A stretch of DNA of 64,000 nt from an uncultured virus (IMG/VR IMGVR_UViG_3300025626_000022) (Duplodnaviria; Heunggongvirae; Uroviricota; Caudoviricetes; Crassvirales): the IMG/VR virus record IMGVR_UViG_3300025626_000022. The stretch is one strand, 5' to 3'. Positions within the stretch are counted from its first letter, which is position 1. Every line of letters starts with the position of its first letter. The translations under genes and the position numbers were made by a program. The notes beneath the pieces were generated by a model that did no database searches, had not been told where the DNA came from, and saw only the letters and a program-made list of their open reading frames with translations. This document shows positions 1-7,597 of the stretch, piece by piece.

Positions 1-2
1 AT

Positions 3-1415
3 ACAAGAGGTATATCTGAACAAACATTAAAAGATGTTAAAGTAAGTGTTGGTCAAGAGTTTATGCCACAGACCGGTAAACCCGAGAATACTATTCAGTT
101 TAATTATTTTGTAGGTGGATTACTTACAAATATTAAATATAGAGATGGTCGTAAAAACTTTAAGCTATATAAAGGAGCTGAAAAAGTATTTTACAATATA
201 GACAATACTGTAGGACATGATACATGTATTATAGTCGAAGGCGAAATGGATGTTTTAGCTTTACATGAAGCTGGTATTACAAATGCTATATCAGTTCCAA
301 ATGGTGCTACATTAAATAGCAATAACTTAGATTACTTAGATAATTGTATTGACTACTTTGATGACAAAGAAAAGATAATCATTGCAGTTGATAATGATCC
401 ACCAGGTATTGCATTACAAACAGAACTTGTAAGACGTCTTGGCGCTGAGGTTTGTTATCTAGCATCATTTGATGATTGCAAAGATGCAAATGAATATCTA
501 ATTAAATATAACGCGTCAGAGCTCAAGTCTAGGGTCTTAGATGCAAGACCTGTGCCATTAGAAAACGTTACAACATTTAAAGACATTGAAGATGAAGTTA
601 CAGACTTTGTTCGTAATGGTTTTAAACGTGGTTTTCAAATTGGTTTACCTAACTTTGATAATATATTTTCTACGTATACAAAACAGTTTATAACTGTTAC
701 AGGTATACCTAGTTCAGGTAAGTCAGACTTTGTAGATCAAATGGTTGTAGGTTATAATAGAGAATACGAATGGAAGACAGCGTTTGCATCTCCTGAAAAT
801 GCTCCTACCTTTTTACATGCACATAAGTTAATGCGTAAAGTATGGGGTGATATGCCTAACAAAGGCCATATTGGTGGAGATAAATGGAATCAAGTTGCAA
901 CTCATGTTAACGATAACTTTTTCTTTATTGATATGGAACGTTATACGTTAGAGTCTGTATTACGTAAAGGCGCTGAGCTAGTTAAACGTAAAGGTATTAA
1001 ATGTCTAGTTATAGATCCATTTAATAAGGTTAGAGATGTTGATTGTAAGACAGAGGACATTAATCGTTACACAATGGAATATCTAACTAAGATCGAAACG
1101 TTTGCTAAGAAGTATGATGTGTTAGTATTTATAGTTGCTCATCCAACTAAAATGTATAAGACACAAGACGGCAAGATTGAAGAGCCAACGATGTATAATA
1201 TAAAAGGTGGTGGTGAATGGTATGATGCTAGTTACCACGGCTTATTAGTTCATAGGAACTACGAAAACAAAACCACAAAAGTTAAGGTATTGAAATGTAA
1301 GTTTCAAAACTTAGGTGAGAACGGAGCTGAAGCCCATTTTACTTGGGAACCAAAGTCTGGTTGCTTTGTTCCACATGAGATGCCTGACTTAGATGAGAAA
1401 ATGCCTTGGGACTAG
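3..1415 (+). CDS. Primase-helicase (Twinkle/T7 gp4-like), 5' truncated by window edge
   Basis: Frame open from position 3; TOPRIM motifs IVEGEMD, AVDND, DCKDANE; SF4 helicase Walker A GIPSSGKS, LVIDPFN, IVAHPTK. Confidence 0.92.
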   Translation, partial: TRGISEQTLKDVKVSVGQEFMPQTGKPENTIQFNYFVGGLLTNIKYRDGRKNFKLYKGAEKVFYNIDNTVGHDTCIIVEGEMDVLALHEAGITNAISVPNGATLNSNNLDYLDNCIDYFDDKEKIIIAVDNDPPGIALQTELVRRLGAEVCYLASFDDCKDANEYLIKYNASELKSRVLDARPVPLENVTTFKDIEDEVTDFVRNGFKRGFQIGLPNFDNIFSTYTKQFITVTGIPSSGKSDFVDQMVVGYNREYEWKTAFASPENAPTFLHAHKLMRKVWGDMPNKGHIGGDKWNQVATHVNDNFFFIDMERYTLESVLRKGAELVKRKGIKCLVIDPFNKVRDVDCKTEDINRYTMEYLTKIETFAKKYDVLVFIVAHPTKMYKTQDGKIEEPTMYNIKGGGEWYDASYHGLLVHRNYENKTTKVKVLKCKFQNLGENGAEAHFTWEPKSGCFVPHEMPDLDEKMPWD

Positions 1416-1675
1416 TTGATAAATGCGTGCAACCTGATCCATACAAAAGAACTAAAGAAGATAAAGCTGCATACAGTTGGTGTATAAACCACGGAATAAA
1501 AATAGGTATGCTAGCAGCTGCTGAAGGTTTTAAAAATCAAAATTGGAAGATAAGGATTGTAGCTAACAACAAAGAGATGATTAGCCCAGGCGAATATAAA
1601 AAACATGAAATACTACCTAAGTTATTTGAAATGTATAGACATTATTACAAACTAAATACGAAGGGTAAGGGATAA
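1406..1675 (+). CDS. Hypothetical protein
   Basis: 89-aa ORF overlapping the helicase stop; its end runs through a promoter-motif copy. Confidence 0.65.
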   Translation: MGLVDKCVQPDPYKRTKEDKAAYSWCINHGIKIGMLAAAEGFKNQNWKIRIVANNKEMISPGEYKKHEILPKLFEMYRHYYKLNTKGKG

Positions 1676-1677
1676 TA
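1645..1677 (+). promoter_or_regulatory. Phage promoter-like motif copy (TTACAAACTAAATACGA-N9-GATAATA)
   Basis: Exact consensus copy immediately upstream of the TS-fold gene; 8 further copies at 53.8-59.5 kb. Confidence 0.8.
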
Positions 1678-1682
1678 AATAT

Positions 1683-2369
1683 ATGATAGAATATAAATTT
1701 AAAAATGCAGATGAAGCTTTTAACTTTTACTATGGTGTAATACCGTATGAAGGTACAAAGTTTGATAATACAATGGCAATGTTTAACCAAGGCTTTACTA
1801 TTGAAAATCCTTTGGATCGTATAATAACTAATGAAGCTAGAAACTTTAACGTTGAATATGCTGAAGCTGAATGGCAATGGTATTTATCTGGTGAGCCTAC
1901 AATAGATACTCTTGGTAGCATATATGGTAAGATACCTCAGATATGGCAAAAGATGGCTGATGAAAATGGTAAGGTTAATTCTAACTATGGTGCACAATGG
2001 GAAAGAGGCTGGCAACTAGATAAGGTTGTAGCTATGTTAAAAAATAATCCTAACACTAGACAAGCTGCAATATCTATATATGATGGCAAGGAAATATCTA
2101 ACTATAAGTATGATACACCCTGCACATATGCTGTACAGTTTACAGTTGTAAATAAAAAGCTTAATATGTGTGTTACGATGCGATCTAATGATCTCTGGTT
2201 CGGTTTCTGTATTGATCAATATTGTTTCAGTAAATTACAAGAACTAGTGTCAGAGAGAACAGGATATGCAATAGGTGAATATTATCATTTTGCACATAAT
2301 CTTCACTTATATGAAGATCAAATACCAGAGAAAAATACATTAACATCAAGAGCTAGAATATATGGATAA
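1683..2369 (+). CDS. Thymidylate synthase-fold enzyme, probable dCMP hydroxymethylase/methylase
   Basis: NSNYG, TRQA, catalytic DTPCT, MRSNDLWFGFCIDQY, HNLHLY; Asp at the pyrimidine-specificity position as in T4 gp42. Confidence 0.8.
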   Translation: MIEYKFKNADEAFNFYYGVIPYEGTKFDNTMAMFNQGFTIENPLDRIITNEARNFNVEYAEAEWQWYLSGEPTIDTLGSIYGKIPQIWQKMADENGKVNSNYGAQWERGWQLDKVVAMLKNNPNTRQAAISIYDGKEISNYKYDTPCTYAVQFTVVNKKLNMCVTMRSNDLWFGFCIDQYCFSKLQELVSERTGYAIGEYYHFAHNLHLYEDQIPEKNTLTSRARIYG

Positions 2370-3246
2370 AATTAATTATTATTTATACCATATACCGGGT
2401 AAAAAAATAGGTGTTACACGTGATCTTATATCTAGAGTTGTAGACCAACAAGGCTATAGCTTAGACGAAGTAGAAGTTCTAGAACAAAGTACAGATATTG
2501 ATTATATATCTGACCGCGAGTTAGAACTTCAACAGTCTTACGGCTATCGAGTTGACAGACAAAAATATAAAGATCTATATATTAATAAAATAAAATCTAA
2601 TACAATGCACATAAACGCGACAGAGCAGACTTCTACGTTCCCTTGTCCAACTACTAAACTAAAGGGTAGGCTAATGGACAACATGGGCAAATCGTGGGAA
2701 ACAATACACGGAACATTTGAAATAAATATGCAAACTATTGACTGGATAATGAAGAACGTAACAACATCTCAATACACAATGGAGAGATGTTATATATACA
2801 ATAAAGCATTTGCTAAATACTTTCAAGTTAAAGATCACGCTACAGAATCTGAAAGATTTCCATTTGGCAAAGACGCTTACCAAGTTTATCTAGATGGCCT
2901 AACGACTAGAGCTAATAGTAATGGCAACTGGAGATATGACTCAGCTGATAGCGAAAGGTTTCAAAAGATAAGAGACTGGGCTGGTGAAAGAGGTCTTTAT
3001 ACTAATGGAGATACTAAAACTCAGTTCTGCAAGTTAATGGAAGAGGCTGGTGAACTAGGTAGAGCTATACTAAAAGATGATCATGTAGAATTTGTAGATG
3101 CTATAGGTGATATGGTTGTTGTATTAACAAACTTAGCAATGTTAGGCGGAACATCTATAGAAACATGTATAGATAGCGCATACGAAGTTATATCTAAAAG
3201 AACTGGTAAGATGGTTAACGGAACGTTTGTTAAAGATGAAAAGTAA
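2362..3246 (+). CDS. Fusion of N-terminal GIY-YIG-like domain and C-terminal MazG-like NTP pyrophosphohydrolase
   Basis: N-term YYLYHIPGKKIGVTRDLISRV; C-term WAGERGL..QFCKLMEEAGELGRAILK...DAIGDMVVVL...AYEVISKRTGKMVNGTFVKD. Confidence 0.75.
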   Translation: MDKINYYLYHIPGKKIGVTRDLISRVVDQQGYSLDEVEVLEQSTDIDYISDRELELQQSYGYRVDRQKYKDLYINKIKSNTMHINATEQTSTFPCPTTKLKGRLMDNMGKSWETIHGTFEINMQTIDWIMKNVTTSQYTMERCYIYNKAFAKYFQVKDHATESERFPFGKDAYQVYLDGLTTRANSNGNWRYDSADSERFQKIRDWAGERGLYTNGDTKTQFCKLMEEAGELGRAILKDDHVEFVDAIGDMVVVLTNLAMLGGTSIETCIDSAYEVISKRTGKMVNGTFVKDEK

Positions 3247-3568
3247 AACTATATTATTCAGAGATCCTGTTGTAGAAAGAGTCTGCGATAAGTTTGTTAC
3301 AAGATCAGATGTTGGCTATGCTAAGTATGGTAGAACATTACACGACGAAAGAACTGGTAAACATAAAGATCTAGCTGGTTATTTAAATGATGTACAAGAA
3401 GAGCTTATGGATGCTATTCTTTATATTCAAGCTGCACGTGAAGAACTAGCAGAAGATGATAAAGAAAACATCTTAGGTGTTAACTCTCCTTTACCGGAGT
3501 CTTTTAGACCACCACATCCTTCTAACGCAGCACAACTAGACTGGGACGACCATGTCGCGCCGGTTTAA
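3236..3568 (+). CDS. Short all-alpha NTP pyrophosphatase-like protein
   Basis: RSDVGYAKYGRTL...VQEELMDAILY (EExxD metal-binding helix); ATG at 3236 is the likely start. Confidence 0.55.
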   Translation: MKSKTILFRDPVVERVCDKFVTRSDVGYAKYGRTLHDERTGKHKDLAGYLNDVQEELMDAILYIQAAREELAEDDKENILGVNSPLPESFRPPHPSNAAQLDWDDHVAPV

Positions 3569-4001
3569 ACGAAAGAAAGGTCCAGTAAGATCTAAAAAGG
3601 TTGAACACGATGGAATTAAATTTCAGTCAGGACTAGAGAAACATATGTATATAGCTTTAAAAAAAGCTAAGATTAAGGCACATTACGAGGGACAAACTTA
3701 CGAGCTTGTCCCTTCTTTTAACTTTGAACAAGAAGCTTATGAAAGACAAGGCAATGGTAAAGGTGAATACCGCAATAGGGGTAATAAAAAAATACTTAAC
3801 ATTAAGTATACTCCAGATTTTATTGGAACTGATTTCATTATTGAATGTAAAGGACGTGCTAATGAATCTTTTCCCATACGCTGGAAGTTATTTAAAGCTT
3901 ATGTACATAAACACTTACCGAACGTTACGTTATACAAACCTCAAAATCAAAAGGAATGCGAAGAAACCGTGAACTTAATTCTTGGGAAAAGAAAGATCTA
4001 G
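3552..4001 (+). CDS. T7 endonuclease I-like Holliday junction resolvase
   Basis: FQSGLE...YTPDF...IIECKGR PD-(D/E)xK pattern. Confidence 0.8.
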   Translation: MSRRFKRKKGPVRSKKVEHDGIKFQSGLEKHMYIALKKAKIKAHYEGQTYELVPSFNFEQEAYERQGNGKGEYRNRGNKKILNIKYTPDFIGTDFIIECKGRANESFPIRWKLFKAYVHKHLPNVTLYKPQNQKECEETVNLILGKRKI

Positions 4002-4094
4002 CTAGAAGAAAATATGCTGAACGCCAATTGCAAAAATTTATTGATTGGAGTATAGCATCTAAAGGATATTTAAAATATAAAGAATTAATAAAAT

Positions 4095-4310
4095 ATGAAA
4101 GAAAGTACTCTGCTGGAGATGCAGAATAAAATTGCGGCATTAACAAGAGTTGTGCAACAAATGGTTAATGAGCTAGAATACTTAAGAACAGTATCTATGG
4201 GTACATTAGAAACGATAAAGCATATGCCTGATTACGACGATGCTTTAGGTAAAGTAAAAGAAAAAATAAACAAAGAAAAAGATGGAGTTAAGCAACAAGA
4301 TACTAAGTGA
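4095..4310 (+). CDS. Hypothetical coiled-coil protein
   Basis: 71-aa ORF tightly packed before the RNR gene. Confidence 0.55.
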   Translation: MKESTLLEMQNKIAALTRVVQQMVNELEYLRTVSMGTLETIKHMPDYDDALGKVKEKINKEKDGVKQQDTK

Positions 4311-6144
4311 TATAACCGTCTATATGAAGTACGCTAAGTTTGTACCTGAACTAAATCGTAGAGAAACTTGGGTAGAGCTAGTAGATAGAAATAAAGCTAT
4401 GCATATTAAAAAATATCCAGAGCTTGCAGAAAAAATAAATGAAGCTTATAAATTAGTATATGATAAAAAGATTTTACCAAGCATGCGTTCGCTACAATTC
4501 GGAGGTAAACCGATTGAGATTAGCCCTAATCGTGTGTATAATTGCGCTTATCTACCAATTGATCACATTGACAGTTTTCACGAAACAATGTTCTTACTTC
4601 TTGGAGGAACAGGTGTTGGATACTCTGTACAAAATCATCACGTAAGTAAAATGCCACCAGTTAGTAAGCCTTATACTAAAAGAACTAGAAGGTTTTTAAT
4701 TGGTGATAGTATTGAAGGTTGGGCTGATGCAATAAAAGTTCTCATGAAGTCTTATATGGGTGATAAGAGATCATCTAGCGTAGAGTTTGATTATTCTGAT
4801 ATTAGACCAAAGGGAGCTCAGCTAGTCACATCAGGTGGTAAAGCACCAGGACCTCAACCATTGAAAGAGTGCATACTTAAAATCAAAGGTATATTCGATG
4901 CTAAAGAAGATGGCACACCGCTCACTACAGTTGAAGCTCATGATATAGTATGTCATATAGCTGATTCAGTATTAGCTGGAGGTATTCGTAGAGCTGCTTT
5001 AATTAGTTTGTTTTCTGCTGAAGACAGCGAGATGATTAGTTGTAAGTCTGGTAATTGGTGGGAAACAAATCCACAAAGAGGTAGAGCTAATAACTCAGCT
5101 GTTCTTATGAGACATAAAGTGACTAAAGATTTTTTTATGGATCTTTGGAAACGTGTTGAGCTGTCAGGATCAGGTGAACCTGGTATTTACCTTAATAATG
5201 ACAAAGACTGGGGAACAAACCCATGTTGTGAAATAGCATTAAGACCTTTTCAGTTTTGTAACTTATGTGAGGTAAATGCTAGTGATATTGAGTCACAAGA
5301 TGATTTTAACGAAAGAGTTAAGCATGCTAGCTTTATAGGTACATTGCAAGCTGGTTACACTGACTTTCATTATTTAAGAGACGTATGGAGAGATACGACA
5401 GAGAAGGACGCCCTTATAGGTGTATCAATGACAGGTATCGCGAGTGCCGCTGTGCTGCCGTTGGATATGAAGGCCGCTGCAAGTATAGTAAAAAGAGAGA
5501 ATACAAAGACAGCTAAAGCAATTGGTATTAATCCAGCTGCAAGATGTACAACCGTGAAGCCTGCTGGGACGACATCTCTGGCGTTAGGAACTTCATCTGG
5601 TATTCATGCGTGGCATAATGATTATTATACGCGTAGAATAAGAGTTGGTAAAAATGAGTCTATGTATAAATACTTAATTGCAAATCACCCTGAGCTTGTT
5701 GAAGATGAGTTCTTTAGACCTCACGATACAGCTGTAATTAGCATACCGCAAAAAGCACCTAAAGATTCTATATTAAGACATGAATCACCATTTGATTTAC
5801 TTGAAAGAATAAAGAAAGTAGCTACAGAGTGGGTTAAACCTGGTCATAGAAAAGGATCTAACACTCACAATGTCTCAGCTACTGTTAGCTTAAAGCAGGA
5901 AGAGTGGGACGCAGCAGGAAGATGGATGTGGGAAAATAGAGATCATTATAACGGCTTATCTGTACTGCCTTATGATGGTGGTACATATACTCAAGCACCG
6001 TTTGAAGATATAAGCAAAGTACACTACGACATGGCTATGACTCATCTTAAAGATGTTGATCTTAGTAAGATTGTAGAAACAGAAGATGAAACAGATCTTG
6101 CAGGAGAATTAGCTTGTGCAGGTGATAATTGTGAAATAAAATGA
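4282..6144 (+). CDS. nrdJ: Class II (adenosylcobalamin-dependent) ribonucleotide reductase
   Basis: LPSMRSLQFGG, YNCAY, GGIRRAALISL, GTNPCCEI, TVKPAGT, C-terminal ACAGDNCEIK; no adjacent beta subunit. Confidence 0.9.
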   Translation: MELSNKILSDITVYMKYAKFVPELNRRETWVELVDRNKAMHIKKYPELAEKINEAYKLVYDKKILPSMRSLQFGGKPIEISPNRVYNCAYLPIDHIDSFHETMFLLLGGTGVGYSVQNHHVSKMPPVSKPYTKRTRRFLIGDSIEGWADAIKVLMKSYMGDKRSSSVEFDYSDIRPKGAQLVTSGGKAPGPQPLKECILKIKGIFDAKEDGTPLTTVEAHDIVCHIADSVLAGGIRRAALISLFSAEDSEMISCKSGNWWETNPQRGRANNSAVLMRHKVTKDFFMDLWKRVELSGSGEPGIYLNNDKDWGTNPCCEIALRPFQFCNLCEVNASDIESQDDFNERVKHASFIGTLQAGYTDFHYLRDVWRDTTEKDALIGVSMTGIASAAVLPLDMKAAASIVKRENTKTAKAIGINPAARCTTVKPAGTTSLALGTSSGIHAWHNDYYTRRIRVGKNESMYKYLIANHPELVEDEFFRPHDTAVISIPQKAPKDSILRHESPFDLLERIKKVATEWVKPGHRKGSNTHNVSATVSLKQEEWDAAGRWMWENRDHYNGLSVLPYDGGTYTQAPFEDISKVHYDMAMTHLKDVDLSKIVETEDETDLAGELACAGDNCEIK

Positions 6145-6302
6145 GAAAGTTAGCAATAATTGGAGGTCTTAGCTTAATGACAGTTGGGACTTCTTATATG
6201 ATGTGGCATCCACATGCACCACAGTTTGATTTAAATCCTAACACATTAGCTATAGCTACTGGAGGATTTTTTGTAGCTGTTGGAATTAGTTATAAATTTT
6301 AA
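6141..6302 (+). CDS. Small membrane protein (53 aa)
   Basis: Hand-translated MRKLAIIGGLSLMTVGTSYMMWHPHAPQFDLNPNTLAIATGGFFVAVGISYKF; ATGA overlap with nrdJ stop. Confidence 0.6.
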   Translation: MRKLAIIGGLSLMTVGTSYMMWHPHAPQFDLNPNTLAIATGGFFVAVGISYKF

Positions 6303-6312
6303 TATGTAAGTT

Positions 6313-6354
6313 ATGTGTGAAAATTGTCCGGGCGGATTTTGCCCATGGTGTTAA
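6313..6354 (+). CDS. Putative 13-aa Cys-rich micropeptide MCENCPGGFCPWC
   Basis: Hand-translated; two CxxC pairs; last ORF before the terminator. Confidence 0.35.
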   Translation: MCENCPGGFCPWC

Positions 6355-6358
6355 ATAT

Positions 6359-6392
6359 AAAAAGGGGAGGTCATTACGACTTCCCCTTTTTT
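6359..6392. terminator. Bidirectional intrinsic terminator at the convergence of the replication and virion blocks
   Basis: AAAAAGGGGAGGTC-attac-GACTTCCCCTTTTTT hairpin flanked by A and T tracts; second small hairpin plus T-tract at about 6407-6429. Confidence 0.85.
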
Positions 6393-6435
6393 GGTTACAG
6401 GAACTTTGGGTATGGTGCCCATTTTTTTTATGTTC

Positions 6436-6717
6436 CTACGATACATTACTTTTAGAAGATCTTCTATTTCCCATACCTACTTTTTTCTTAGCACTAACTA
6501 CTTTTGATTTTTCACTACTACTCATTTCGTTCCAAGATTTTGGAGAGTCTTTACTAACTCTTTTAGACGGTCTACACACCTTAGTAGATTTATTTTTTTC
6601 AGAACCACATTCATTTCCTTTTTCATCTTTCCACTTTTCTTTAAACCAACGTTTAAGAGATAATCCTTTTTTAGTTTTCCTAACTTTAAAAGGTGAGTTG
6701 TGTTGTCTGTATGGCAT
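6436..6717 (-). CDS. Small basic protein, putative internal head protein
   Basis: LKRWFKEKW..CG....CRPSKRVSKDSPKSWNEMS module common in marine phages; N-terminal NSPFK. Confidence 0.65.
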   Translation of the reverse strand: MPYRQHNSPFKVRKTKKGLSLKRWFKEKWKDEKGNECGSEKNKSTKVCRPSKRVSKDSPKSWNEMSSSEKSKVVSAKKKVGMGNRRSSKSNVS

Positions 6718-6980
6718 TATTTACCTTTATTTTTTCTACATTTAGCTATCATACCACTAGCATAAGCTGATGGAAAAACCTTATGAGCTTTTTTAGCCTT
6801 ATAATAGCATGCATCTTTTAAACTTAATGGTGATTCATCTGGAAAAGGATTATAAACTTTCTCTTTTAATCTATTAAATCTTTTCGTACCTGTCTTGCCT
6901 TTAGATTGCATAGTCCTAAGTCTTTTAAGACTTCTGACTTGTTTATTTTCTCTTCTAATTTCTTTTCTATTGTCGTCCAT
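6717..6980 (-). CDS. Small basic protein, putative internal head protein
   Basis: ATG at 6980 preferred; ESPLSLK followed by DACYYKAKKAHKVFPSAYASGMIAKCRK module. Confidence 0.65.
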   Translation of the reverse strand: MDDNRKEIRRENKQVRSLKRLRTMQSKGKTGTKRFNRLKEKVYNPFPDESPLSLKDACYYKAKKAHKVFPSAYASGMIAKCRKNKGK

Positions 6981-6984
6981 ATTT

Positions 6985-7461
6985 TTAACATTTCCATCTT
7001 GCTCTAGCAGCTTTACCTCTTTCACCGGTCCAACCTTTTGATCTAGCACAAAAAGACTTTCTACGTTTAGCAGCTTTACTTCCAGGTTTTACATCACCTG
7101 TAACTGCAGTTTTTAATTTACTTCCTGGATTTTTTTTTTTATATTCGGCAACACCTTTTTTAGTCATACCAGCACCTTCTTCGGTGGTTCTAAAATTACG
7201 ACCCTTGCCTTTAGTAGTTTTTCTAGGCTCGTTGTTTAGTGGAGATTTAAAACTAGATCCTAAGTTTCTTTTTTTAACTCCATCTGTTATAGGTCTATCA
7301 GCGTCATCAGTAGGTAGCAATGATACTTTTTTACTTTTTCGATCATAATAAAACTCTCCTTTTTCAGAAGCGTATTCACCTGTTTTTATTTTACCTTCAT
7401 TTCTGTAGCCTTGTTCAAAAGCTTTAATAGCTTTTCTTCTTCCTGTTTTTTTAAGTGCCAT
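6985..7461 (-). CDS. Small basic protein, putative internal head protein
   Basis: KSPLNN then GAGMTKKGVAEYKKKNPGSKLKTAVTG...RRKSFCARSKG...ARARWKC module. Confidence 0.65.
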   Translation of the reverse strand: MALKKTGRRKAIKAFEQGYRNEGKIKTGEYASEKGEFYYDRKSKKVSLLPTDDADRPITDGVKKRNLGSSFKSPLNNEPRKTTKGKGRNFRTTEEGAGMTKKGVAEYKKKNPGSKLKTAVTGDVKPGSKAAKRRKSFCARSKGWTGERGKAARARWKC

Positions 7462-7464
7462 AAT

Positions 7465-7596
7465 TTATTTTTTTTTAGGTACACAGTTGTTCACCATTCT
7501 ACCACCTTTTTTTTTCATACCTACTCTTTCATAGCCTTCCCAACAAGGTGTTTTTTTATTTAATGGTGATTTTCTTCCTGTACATTTTAAAGCCAT
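7465..7596 (-). CDS. Small basic protein (43 aa), not in ORF track
   Basis: Hand-translated MALKCTGRKSPLNKKTPCWEGYERVGMKKKGGRMVNNCVPKKK. Confidence 0.7.
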   Translation of the reverse strand: MALKCTGRKSPLNKKTPCWEGYERVGMKKKGGRMVNNCVPKKK

Positions 7597-7597
7597 A

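Noticed and set aside
6317..6745. 142-aa plus-strand ORF and the many short antisense ORFs across the virion block
   Set aside because: Shadow frames of Lys-rich or well-supported opposite-strand genes; this one also crosses a strong terminator
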